64,000 nt of DNA from NCBI GenBank assembly GCA_038125285.1, contig JAYPDO010000001.1, forward strand, positions 5,605-69,604. Direction: 5' to 3'. The stretch is from Opitutia bacterium. GTDB lineage: Bacteria > Verrucomicrobiota > Verrucomicrobiia > Opitutales > JABJCN01. Each line of letters starts with the position of its first letter. Position 1 is the stretch's first letter. Both the position numbers and the translations under genes were made by a program. The notes beneath the pieces are model-generated. The model had not been told where the DNA came from, did no database searches, and saw nothing but the letters and a program-made list of their open reading frames with translations. Shown here in pieces: positions 16,653 to 25,498 of this stretch.

Positions 16653-19151
16653 ATGAAAAAACTGATCATCGCCGAGAAACCGAGCGTAGCCGCAGACCTT
16701 TGCCGCGCCCTAGGGGGCAAAAATTCCGGGTTCACCAAACATGGAAAAGGAAAAGAGGATTACTTTGAAGGCGATGACTTGGTCATCTGTTCGGCCGTTG
16801 GCCACTTGGTGGAGTTGTACATGCCCGAGGACATCGATCGGAAGTTGAAATTCTGGAAACCCGAGACCCTCCCTATCCTCCCTGAAGAATTCCAACTCAA
16901 GGTCATCCCCAAGACCAAGTCCCGTTTCACCCTCCTCGAATCCCTGCTTAAACGCCCTGACGTCAGCGAGGTCTATAATGCTTGCGACGCCGGACGGGAA
17001 GGCGAACTCATCTTCACCTACATCTACGACCTGGCCAAATGTAATAAGCCGATCCGACGGATGTGGATGCTCTCCATGACCCCTGGGGCAATCCGTGACG
17101 CCTACAACAAACCCCGCTCCGGGGACGAGATGGTCCCGCTCCAGCACGCCGCCCGCTGCCGCTCGGAGGCTGACTGGCTGATCGGCATCAACGGCACCCG
17201 CGCCATCACCCTCCAGATGGGAGGACTGAGGAAGATGACCACTGTCGGCCGCGTCCAGACCCCCACCCTCACCCTCGTCGTCAACCGCGAAAACGAGATC
17301 AATAATTTCAAACCCCAGGAGTACGCCCGGATCAGTGCGGTAATCCGCATCCAATCTGGTGAATACGAAGGTTGGTACCAACGCCCGGATTTCAAAAAAG
17401 CCGAGGATGATAAGCACGACCGCCCTGACCGAATCTGGGACTTGGCAGGAGCAAAGGCCATCGCCTCCCAAATCCGAGCCGGCTCGCCAGCGCAAATCAA
17501 GGAAAGCAAGAAGCGCACACCCCAGACCGCCCCTCGCCTCTACGACCTCACCAGCCTCCAGCGCGAGGCCAACACCCGCTTCGGATATTCCGCAAGCCGC
17601 ACCCTCCAGTACGCCCAGGCCCTTTACGAAAAACACAAGGCCATCACCTATCCGCGAACCGAATCCCGCGCACTTCCAGAGGATTACCCATCCACCTGCG
17701 TCAAAACCCTCGAATCCATCGAAGGCCCCTTGGCCGAGCATGCGAAGCACGTCCTAGAAAAGGACTGGGTCGCACCCTCCAACAAGCGGATCTTCAACAA
17801 CAAGCAAGTCAGCGACCACTTTGCGATTGTCCCCACCCAGCTCCACCCAAAAAAACTCACGGAACAGGAACAAAAGATCTACGGGATGATCGTGGCCCGG
17901 TTCATCGCCGCCTTTTATCCCCCCGCCCAATTCGACGTCACTACCCGGCTCTCAATAATCGAAGGGCATACCTTCAAAACGGAAGGCAAAGTCCTCGTGG
18001 AACCCTCCTGGCTCGCCGTTTACGGCAAGACCCAGGACAACAAGGAAAACCTCGTCCCCCTTTCCCCTGCTGACGGCCAACCCCCGAATGGCACGACCGT
18101 CTCAGTCCAACAGATTGACGAAGTTACAAAACCGCCTCCAAGGTACAACGAAGCCACGCTCCTGTCCGCCATGGAAGGCGCGGGGAAACTCGTCGAGGAC
18201 GAGGACATGGCCGAAGCCATGAAAGAAAAAGGCCTCGGGACCCCGGCGACCCGGGCGGCCACCATCGAACACCTCATCAAAGAAGCCTACATCCGCCGGG
18301 AAGGACGCGAAATCCACCCCTGCGACAAAGCGCACGACCTGATCAAGTTCCTCGACAACGTAAAAGTCGATGGCCTCACCAGCCCCGACATGACCGGAGA
18401 ATGGGAACACAAGCTCCTCCAAATGGAGCGCGGCGAACTCTCCAGGGCCGAGTTCATGCTAGGGATCAAAAAATTCACCCAAAGCATTGTGGACCGGGTT
18501 AATGCGTTTGACGAATCCAGCCAAGCCACCCCGACCGACATCCCCTCCCCTACTGACGGCAAGCCGATCCTCGAAACCCTAACCCTCTACATTTCCGGCG
18601 ACCGCAAGCTCAAGATCAACAAGACCATGGGCAACCGTCGCCTGGAAAAAGATGAAGTCCGGGATCTCCTCGACAAAGGGGTCATCGGCCCGCTCGAAGG
18701 TTTTGTATCCAAGGCGGGAAAGCCCTTCACGGCCTGCCTGCGCCTCGATTTGGAGAGTTTCCGGGTCAAGTTCGAATTCAACGAGAACAAAAACCAGGAT
18801 CAGTCCGACGAAGAAGTCGATCCCCGCCAATTTGAAGCAGTCGGGGAATGCCCTTCCTGCAAAAAGAAAATCTATGAAACCCCGACCGCCTGGGTATGCC
18901 CGGATTGCACCTGCACAGGCACGTCCCCATTTAAAAGATTCAGTCGTACTGTCCTAACCAACACCGTCACACGTGACCAATACCTCAAGCTCCTCCACGG
19001 GGCGAAATCCGACCTGATCGAGGGGTTCAAATCCAGGAAAACCGGTCGCAACTTCGCCGCCCGCCTCTTCATCAAGGGCAACAAGCTCTCCTTCGAGTTT
19101 GAAAATAACAACTTAAAGGCGCCAAGGAAACAGGCCGCGAAGAAATCTTAG
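16653..19151 (+). CDS. topB: DNA topoisomerase III (type IA)
   Basis: Toprim start MKKLIIAEKPSVA. DAGREGE. Active-site region ITYPRTESRAL. C-terminal Cys-rich ribbon CPSCKKKIYETPTAWVCPDC and topoisomerase C-terminal repeats. Confidence 0.9.
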   Translation: MKKLIIAEKPSVAADLCRALGGKNSGFTKHGKGKEDYFEGDDLVICSAVGHLVELYMPEDIDRKLKFWKPETLPILPEEFQLKVIPKTKSRFTLLESLLKRPDVSEVYNACDAGREGELIFTYIYDLAKCNKPIRRMWMLSMTPGAIRDAYNKPRSGDEMVPLQHAARCRSEADWLIGINGTRAITLQMGGLRKMTTVGRVQTPTLTLVVNRENEINNFKPQEYARISAVIRIQSGEYEGWYQRPDFKKAEDDKHDRPDRIWDLAGAKAIASQIRAGSPAQIKESKKRTPQTAPRLYDLTSLQREANTRFGYSASRTLQYAQALYEKHKAITYPRTESRALPEDYPSTCVKTLESIEGPLAEHAKHVLEKDWVAPSNKRIFNNKQVSDHFAIVPTQLHPKKLTEQEQKIYGMIVARFIAAFYPPAQFDVTTRLSIIEGHTFKTEGKVLVEPSWLAVYGKTQDNKENLVPLSPADGQPPNGTTVSVQQIDEVTKPPPRYNEATLLSAMEGAGKLVEDEDMAEAMKEKGLGTPATRAATIEHLIKEAYIRREGREIHPCDKAHDLIKFLDNVKVDGLTSPDMTGEWEHKLLQMERGELSRAEFMLGIKKFTQSIVDRVNAFDESSQATPTDIPSPTDGKPILETLTLYISGDRKLKINKTMGNRRLEKDEVRDLLDKGVIGPLEGFVSKAGKPFTACLRLDLESFRVKFEFNENKNQDQSDEEVDPRQFEAVGECPSCKKKIYETPTAWVCPDCTCTGTSPFKRFSRTVLTNTVTRDQYLKLLHGAKSDLIEGFKSRKTGRNFAARLFIKGNKLSFEFENNNLKAPRKQAAKKS

Positions 19152-19157
19152 CAGTAC

Positions 19158-19871
19158 ATGTCCAGGAACGCACTCATCATCGGCGGTGGCACGGGCATGG
19201 GTGAGGCCATCGCCCTCTCCTTTGACAAAGAAGGTTGGAAAACGGCCATAGCCGGACGACGCCAAGAAAAGTTGGACACAGTCGCGGCCAAGGCGCCCGG
19301 AATCCTCACCCATACCGTTGATGTCGGGGATCGCGGCCAAGTGGAGTCCCTGTTCGCATGGTTTGTCAAGGAAGTTGGCCCACTCGACATAATGGTCAAT
19401 TGCGCTGGTATCAACGTGGCCAAACGTACCATGGAAAACCTTTCCCCCGCAGACTGGGACAACCTGTTACGAATCAACGCCACGGGAGCATACGACTGCA
19501 TGCGCTGCGCCCTGGAGGACATGCGCCCCCGCCAGGATGGCATCATCATCAACATCTCCTCCGTAGCAGGCAAACGCGCTGCCCTCCTTGGCGGGGTGGC
19601 CTACAACGCCTCCAAGTTTGCCATGACCGCCTTAGGCACAACCGTCTCGGAAGAGGTCAAGGACCTAGGCATCCGCGTCACCAACATCTACCCCGGCGAG
19701 GTCAACACCCCCATACTGAACAACCGCCCGATCCCGCCGCCCGAGGAGCACCGTCAAAGCATCCTCCAGGCCGAAGATGTGGCACAAGCTGTCCTCATGG
19801 TAGCCAAACTCCCCCCACGCGCCCACATCCCCGAGCTCGTCATCAAGCCCACCAAGCAAGGCTACGTTTAG
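19158..19871 (+). CDS. SDR-family oxidoreductase
   Basis: IIGGGTGMGEA glycine motif, NISS and YNASK catalytic motif. Confidence 0.85.
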   Translation: MSRNALIIGGGTGMGEAIALSFDKEGWKTAIAGRRQEKLDTVAAKAPGILTHTVDVGDRGQVESLFAWFVKEVGPLDIMVNCAGINVAKRTMENLSPADWDNLLRINATGAYDCMRCALEDMRPRQDGIIINISSVAGKRAALLGGVAYNASKFAMTALGTTVSEEVKDLGIRVTNIYPGEVNTPILNNRPIPPPEEHRQSILQAEDVAQAVLMVAKLPPRAHIPELVIKPTKQGYV

Positions 19872-19926
19872 AGTAATTCGCCATTTCAAATTCTCCCAAC
19901 CCTTAACTCTCAAAATCGTAACACCA

Positions 19927-20235
19927 ATGGCCGGCGTCGGAAAACTTCTCAAACAAGCCCAGAAAATGCAGCGCAAGATGGAGCAAGCCCAGGAAAAGCT
20001 TGCCCAGCAAGAAATAGACGTCTCTTGCGGGGGCGGAGCCGTAGCGGTCAAAATAAATGGCCAAGGGGACTTCCTTTCCCTCAAACTCGACCCTGAATTC
20101 CTCAAGGAAGATGCCGAATTGGTTGAAGAAACCCTTTTGGAAGCCATCAAGGAAGCAGCGGCCAAAGCCAAGGAAACCAACGAAGAGGCAATGCAGGAAA
20201 TCCAAGCAGGCATGGGGATTCCCGGCCTGATGTGA
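19927..20235 (+). CDS. ybaB: Nucleoid-associated protein YbaB/EbfC
   Basis: KLLKQAQKMQRKMEQAQEKLAQQEIDVSCGGGAVAVKINGQGD is typical of YbaB. Confidence 0.9.
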   Translation: MAGVGKLLKQAQKMQRKMEQAQEKLAQQEIDVSCGGGAVAVKINGQGDFLSLKLDPEFLKEDAELVEETLLEAIKEAAAKAKETNEEAMQEIQAGMGIPGLM

Positions 20236-21007
20236 TTGTTTTCCTGGGGTATTCGGGGGCATGGCCTGCACCGATTGCCCAGGCATGGGATGACAGCCCT
20301 GGCTGATATTTCCAAAATCAATGGTTGTAAACTAGCAGCATGGGCGAAGTCACCCCCGTGAAAACTTTCCAATTCCCAGGGGTAAGGCGTATCGTTCAGC
20401 CAAATTTTAATTGGCTGGAGCACAAAGGCTTCCTGCCGTCATAAGTACCTGGCACCTGACCCCATGCTCCCTGGAAGGAAGCTATATCGGCGAATCAGCC
20501 TTGGTAGAGGCATCAGGGTAAACGGAGGGCATATCTGATACCAAACGCCGTTCGCAAAAAAACCCGAAGGCTGGAAAAACTCCGGGACAAAAAGATCCAC
20601 CGCCGCAGGCTCCGTGTCGAACATGGGTCCATGGGCAAAATCACAACCCATGGGCGGTGGATGGCACGACTCCTCCATCAGCATCGTATATTTCTAAAAC
20701 ATCGGCAAATGGGTCTACCACGATCTCCCCCGATGGGTCTGATTCGAAGCCACCTCCGACCTCGACCTCTGGCGCAGTATGGAAGGCAAAGGCTGGCACT
20801 GCACTGCCACACAAATCTATCCCTACCTACACTGCCATAACAACTCCGCCTGGGTTTACCTCCTGCGCAACCAAAACGGCAAAAACCACTTCTAAATCGC
20901 CACCACCGGCAAAATTGAGTAACCTCGCGCTACCCGTCTCTCCCTTCCTCTTTTTCTACCTTTCCAAACTTGCCCCCCTCCCCATCCTGAGCATTTTCAC
21001 GCGCTAG

Positions 21008-21604
21008 ATGACACCCGCATTCGAAGACCTGATCAAAGCCCTCAAGCCCCTCCCCGGGTTGGGTGCGCGTTCGGCAGAAAAAATCGCCCTCCACCTCCTG
21101 GTAGAAAAACCGGCTCGCCTCCCCAAGCTCATCAATGCCCTCCAGGAGGCCGGACGCCATATCCGCCGTTGCGGCCTATGCGGGAACCTCGCCGAACATG
21201 AAAAATGCAACATCTGCTCGGACCACACACGCAACCAGGACTCCATCTGCGTTGTCGAACAAGTCCCAGACCTCGTCGCCTTCGAACGTTCCGGCACCTA
21301 CAGGGGGCTCTACCACGTCCTCCACGGCAAACTCTCCCCCGTAAATGGCATTGGCCCGGACGAACTAAACCTCTCGCTCCTTGCCAAACGCTGCATCGAC
21401 CACCCTCCCTACGAAATCATCCTAGCCCTCTCCAACGACATCGAAGGCGAAGCCACCTGCCACTACATCCAACAGCACACCCTCGCCGGTTCCCCCGCCC
21501 AAATCTCCCGCATCGGCTTCGGCATCCCCAGCGGCAGCGGCGTAACTTATGCTGATCCAATTACCCTCCGTAGTGCGTTAAAAGCCCGCACCAGCTACAC
21601 CTAA
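21008..21604 (+). CDS. recR: Recombination protein RecR
   Basis: LIKALKPLPGLGARSAEKIALHLL helix-hairpin-helix. CGLCGNLAEHEKCNIC zinc finger. Toprim VVEQVPDLVAFERSGTYRGLYHVLHG. Confidence 0.95.
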   Translation: MTPAFEDLIKALKPLPGLGARSAEKIALHLLVEKPARLPKLINALQEAGRHIRRCGLCGNLAEHEKCNICSDHTRNQDSICVVEQVPDLVAFERSGTYRGLYHVLHGKLSPVNGIGPDELNLSLLAKRCIDHPPYEIILALSNDIEGEATCHYIQQHTLAGSPAQISRIGFGIPSGSGVTYADPITLRSALKARTSYT

Positions 21605-21605
21605 G

Positions 21606-21626
21606 CTGACCACTGACCACTGACAT
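21606..21626 (+). repeat. Tandem heptanucleotide repeat (CTGACCA CTGACCA CTGACAT) in the hemH leader
   Basis: Read directly from the sequence. It ends 10 nt before the hemH ATG at 21637. Confidence 0.7.
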
Positions 21627-21636
21627 CCAACCTCCA

Positions 21637-22701
21637 ATGAAACAAGGCGTCCTCCTCCTCAACCTTGGCTCCCCAGAAGCCCTCTCCGTTCCCGCCATAC
21701 GCGAATACCTCGACGAATTCCTCATGGACGGCCGCGTCATCGACCTCCCACACTGGAGCCGCCGCCTCCTCGTCTCCTACATGCTCGGCCCAAAAAAACG
21801 CCCCCAGGTCAAGATCGAGGAGTACGGCCGCATCTGGACGGACGAAGGCTCCCCCCTCCTCGCCACCAGCCGCCACGTCCAGGAGAAAATCCAAAAGTCG
21901 TTCGATTTCCCCATCGACCTCGCCATGATGTACGCCAAGCCTGACATCGCCAGCGCGCTGGATCGCCTCCAACAAGCCGGGGTCACCGACCTCTTCATCA
22001 TGCCTCTCTACCCCCAATATGCGATGTCCAGCTACGAAACCGTAGTGGTCAAGACCATGGGGCTCATTAAAGGTCTTGGCTCCCCATTCACTGTCTCCCT
22101 CCTTCCCCCCTTCTTCGCGGACGACGACTACATTACGGCCCTTGTCGACGCCTCCAAGCCATTCCTTGAAAAGGACTTCGACCACCTCCTCTTTACCTTC
22201 CACGGCATCCCCGAGCGTCACCTCCGCAAAAGCGACCCCTCCCATGAGCACTGCATGGTAACAAAGGACTGCTGCGCCACCTGTCACCCTGCCCACTCCA
22301 CGTGCTACCGACACCAATGCCTCCGCACCGCTGACGAATTTGTCCGCAAAGCCGGCATCCCGGAAGAAAAATGCAGCGTCGCCTTCCAATCCCGCCTCGG
22401 CAAGGATCCCTGGCTCGAACCCTACACCAACCAAGTCCTCCGCGCATACGGCAAACGCGGCTACAAAAAACTCCTCATGATCTCCCCAGCCTTCGTATCC
22501 GACTGCCTAGAAACTCTCGAAGAAATCGGTATGGGGGGCAAAGAGGAATACCAGCATGCCGGCGGCCGGGACTTCGAACTCATCCCGTGTCTTAATGAAC
22601 ACCCCTCCTGGATTCAATTCCTTGAAGGACGCATCCGCAAATGGTCCGAAGGCGAAAACGGCATCCACTCCATCGGCAAATTGGCACAAATCAGTTCATA
22701 A
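21637..22701 (+). CDS. hemH: Ferrochelatase
   Basis: GVLLLNLGSPE, MPLYPQYAMSSYET, FHGIPERH and SPAFVSDCLETLEEI motifs. Confidence 0.9.
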   Translation: MKQGVLLLNLGSPEALSVPAIREYLDEFLMDGRVIDLPHWSRRLLVSYMLGPKKRPQVKIEEYGRIWTDEGSPLLATSRHVQEKIQKSFDFPIDLAMMYAKPDIASALDRLQQAGVTDLFIMPLYPQYAMSSYETVVVKTMGLIKGLGSPFTVSLLPPFFADDDYITALVDASKPFLEKDFDHLLFTFHGIPERHLRKSDPSHEHCMVTKDCCATCHPAHSTCYRHQCLRTADEFVRKAGIPEEKCSVAFQSRLGKDPWLEPYTNQVLRAYGKRGYKKLLMISPAFVSDCLETLEEIGMGGKEEYQHAGGRDFELIPCLNEHPSWIQFLEGRIRKWSEGENGIHSIGKLAQISS

Positions 22702-22721
22702 ACCCTGTTCCCTGCTACCCC

Positions 22722-23609
22722 ATGTCCCTCGCAGAAATCCCAACCGCAGCACCACAAGACCCCCGCGCATGGCTCTGGGTCGCCACCTTGGTGTACGCGT
22801 CCGGGTTTGGCATCGGGATCTTTTTCGCCAGAAAAGGCAAAGGCATCCCAGGCATGGGCTTCCTCGGCTTTGTCCTAGTCGGCTTCGCAATCCAAACCCG
22901 CGGCCTCTACTTTCGTGGCATGGACACCCACGCCTGCCCGCTAGGAAACGGCATGGAGCAACTCCAGTTCATCGCCTGGTCCTTTGTCGTAACCTACTTG
23001 CTCATACGTTTCATTTTCAAACTCCATCTCCTGGGTCTCTTCACCACCGGGCTTGCCACCGCTCTTTGCGCCGTCTCCCTACTTGCCAGCGGGTTGGATA
23101 CCCACTACTGGCAAGACCCCGCCTACAACCGCCTTTTCAACAGCCCATGGATCGAGCTCCATGCCGCTGTCGCCGTATTCAGTTACGGTATCTTCGCACT
23201 GCTGGCCATGGTTGCCATCATGTACCTGGTCCAGCATCAAGCCCTCCGCAGGAAAGAGACTTCCCCCTTCCTACGCTACCTCCCCTCCATCCAGCAACTC
23301 GAACAATCCGCCGAAAAACTCCTCCTAATGGGCGTCCTCTTCCTGACCTTCTCTGTAGTTGTGGGCGCAATCCATTTCTCCCGTGACCCGGCGGGCGTCA
23401 CCCCGGCCAAGCTCTGGGTCACCATAGGGGTCTGGGTAGCATACCTCGCCATGTTTTTCCTACACAGGACTGGCCGCCTCTACGCCAAACGCTTTTCCCA
23501 GATCTCCATCGCCGCGTTTGCCTTCGCCCTGGTCTCCATGGTCACAGTAAACAAGGGGATTAAAGATACCAGTGACCCCGGGAAGAAAGCTCCCGCCCAA
23601 CATGAGTAG
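22722..23609 (+). CDS. Cytochrome c assembly family membrane protein (CcsA/HemX-like)
   Basis: Polytopic membrane protein. W-rich and H-containing region WIELHAAVAVFSYGIFALLAMVAIMYLVQH. It sits directly before hemA with an 8-nt overlap, as with hemX-type genes. ATG at 22722. Confidence 0.7.
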   Translation: MSLAEIPTAAPQDPRAWLWVATLVYASGFGIGIFFARKGKGIPGMGFLGFVLVGFAIQTRGLYFRGMDTHACPLGNGMEQLQFIAWSFVVTYLLIRFIFKLHLLGLFTTGLATALCAVSLLASGLDTHYWQDPAYNRLFNSPWIELHAAVAVFSYGIFALLAMVAIMYLVQHQALRRKETSPFLRYLPSIQQLEQSAEKLLLMGVLFLTFSVVVGAIHFSRDPAGVTPAKLWVTIGVWVAYLAMFFLHRTGRLYAKRFSQISIAAFAFALVSMVTVNKGIKDTSDPGKKAPAQHE

Positions 23610-24660
23610 GAACCTCGACGCACTCTTCGTCCAAGGGGTATCCCACCACCGTACCCCGTTGGCAGTAAGGGAAAAGTTCGCTCTCGACCAGGACGGCGCC
23701 AAATCCCTCCTGCTTGACCTCCATAATTTCCCAGGCATGCAGGAATGCATGGTTCTCAACACATGCAACCGCCTCGAAATCTACGGCTTGGCAGATACAC
23801 CCGAAGTCGCCAACGGCGTTAGCAACTATTTCTGCGAGCGCAACCAAATCGACCCCGGCCTTTTCAACCGGCACGCCTACAAGCAGTCCAACATGGACGT
23901 CCTCAAACACGTCATCGAAGTCTCCTCCGGCCTCGATTCCCAAATGGTTGGCGAGACGGACATCTTCAAGCAAATGAAGGAAGCCTACGACTACGCCCGC
24001 AACGCCGGGACCACCGGCATGGTCCTCAACCGCATGTTCGAGCGCAGTTTCCATGCTGCTAAGAAGGCACGCTCCCACACCGCCATCTCCAAAGGCCAGA
24101 TCAGCATCGGCAATGTGACCGTCAACCTCGCCGAACGCATCTTCGGCAAACTTCAGGGCAGCCGCGTCCTCCTTGTCGGCAGCGGGGAAGTCGCCGAGCA
24201 AACAGCCAAGGCCCTCTACAGCCGCGGGGTCGAGGACATCACCGTCACCAGCCGCACCTACGAAAACGCTCTACAAGTCGCCAAAAGCTTCGGGGGCGCC
24301 GTCATCGACTTGGCTGACTTCCATAAACACCTCTTCCACTTCGACATCATCCTCTGCTCCACCTCTTCCCCCGACATCCAAATCCAAGGCTCGGAGATCC
24401 AAAACGCCCTCCAAAAGCGCCGGGGCAAGCCCATGTTCCTCGTCGATGTCGCCATGCCTCGGGACGTCGCCCCGGAAGTGGAGCAGCTCGACAACGCTTT
24501 TGTCTACAACCTCGACGATATCTCACGCATGGCCAACGAAAACCTGGAGCAACGCAAAAGCGAAATTGCCCACGCCCGCCAAATCCTAGCCCGCCAAGCC
24601 TGGTGGCTCTGGCTCGAACTCCGCCGCCGTTCCGTGTTACCTCCCGGGCACAACCATTGA
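23602..24660 (+). CDS. hemA: Glutamyl-tRNA reductase
   Basis: GVSHHRTPLAVREKFAL, LNTCNRLEIYG (catalytic Cys), GETDIFKQMK and LLVGSGEVAEQTAKAL NADPH motif. Confidence 0.9.
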   Translation: MSRNLDALFVQGVSHHRTPLAVREKFALDQDGAKSLLLDLHNFPGMQECMVLNTCNRLEIYGLADTPEVANGVSNYFCERNQIDPGLFNRHAYKQSNMDVLKHVIEVSSGLDSQMVGETDIFKQMKEAYDYARNAGTTGMVLNRMFERSFHAAKKARSHTAISKGQISIGNVTVNLAERIFGKLQGSRVLLVGSGEVAEQTAKALYSRGVEDITVTSRTYENALQVAKSFGGAVIDLADFHKHLFHFDIILCSTSSPDIQIQGSEIQNALQKRRGKPMFLVDVAMPRDVAPEVEQLDNAFVYNLDDISRMANENLEQRKSEIAHARQILARQAWWLWLELRRRSVLPPGHNH

Positions 24661-25029
24661 TTTTCCTAACCCGCATGGACGTTACGAAACTCAAGTAACT
24701 CTTCCGGCAAATGGCCAACCAAGGAGTCCTGCGCCGTACCGAATCCACAGGCAAAACCGAAGCACTCCTCATGAAAACTGCCTTGCGAGCGACTGGGAAA
24801 ATAGAAGAAGCCGATGACTTCGCCGGCCAGACCCAACGCAGCCATTGCATCCTTGCCCGTCATTTTGGGTGATGGGACAGCTCAACGTCGGGAAATCCAG
24901 TGACGTGGCAAACTTCCTCAGCGAAAGAGGAAAAAGAGCCTCGTCCCCCGTGGCGACGGCAGTGCTACCAGTACAAACCGCTTCTTCTGGCCACCGTAAT
25001 ACTGGAAGGAAGGCGAAAAGTGGGAAAAC

Positions 25030-25451
25030 ATGGAACGCCTACTCGCCAGTTTCCAAGGGAGCAAACTCGAACGCCTCGATGCCTCCGAAAAAGAAGCCGC
25101 TCTTACCGTCAAAACCCTTCGCTGGCAACAAGTCTAAGGAAGCTATTACCAATACTCCGGTTCCCGCAACAATGCCCTCCAAATCCCGGATATCCTGCTC
25201 CCATTTTGGCATTGGGCGTAAGAAGAGTTCAATCCCACATTGGACGGCCTACTGCTGAATTGGTACGAAGACAAACTCGGCCACTACATCTGCAAACACC
25301 GCGATGGCACCAAAGGGCTTAGGAAAGATACAAGTGGACAATGCTAATCAAATTCGAACCCGGCAAAGCCTTTGGAAAGCCGGAGCCCCTCTACCGCTTT
25401 CAGCAATGCAGCCTGCTGCTTCGAAAGGTTGGCCTAACCTTCCAGCTTGAG
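25030..25451 (+). pseudogene. alkB: AlkB-like 2OG/Fe(II) dioxygenase remnant (two in-frame TAA stops, one frameshift, apparent internal deletion)
   Basis: One frame reads MERLL...TLRWQQV*GSYYQYSGSRNNALQIPDILLPFWHWA*EEFNPTLDGLLLNWYEDKLGHYICKHRDGTKGL (stops at 25135-25137 and 25219-25221). This matches the AlkB blocks Y.YSG and LLN.Y..G..I..H.D. After 25345 the similarity moves to another frame (LIKFEPG...CSLLLRKVGLTFQ). Confidence 0.45.
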
Positions 25452-25498
25452 ATTTTTCTAAATCCGCAAGAAAAGCGGGAAGCTTATTCCACTTTCTT

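Noticed and set aside
20466-20490. GGAAGGAAGC 10-mer identical to part of the SRP (4.5S) RNA helix-8 apex, in the ybaB-recR neighbourhood where ffs is sometimes found.
   Set aside because: The essential AGCAGC side of the conserved loop is absent (it reads AGCUAU here). The flanking arms do not pair into the required long hairpin when checked by hand.
20340-20535. An S4/YbcJ-like RNA-binding gene reconstructed from two plus-strand frames in the ybaB-recR spacer.
   Set aside because: The reconstruction rests on one short motif (IRVNG with upstream basic residues) and needs at least two frame changes. That is not enough to call a feature, so it is only mentioned inside the spacer finding.
20794-20809. 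Sigma-54-like promoter TGGCAC-N5-TGCC about 200 bp upstream of recR.
   Set aside because: The -12 element does not fit (TGCC instead of TTGC at the fixed spacing), and recR is not an expected sigma-54 target. It is likely a chance match.
24666-24863. 65-aa minus-strand ORF after hemA (MTGKDAMAALGLAGEVIGFFYFPSRSQGSFHEECFGF...), faintly reminiscent of the first module of a glyoxalase/VOC-fold protein.
   Set aside because: It is too short, has no second module, and the motif resemblance is weak. It is left unannotated and could be another gene remnant.
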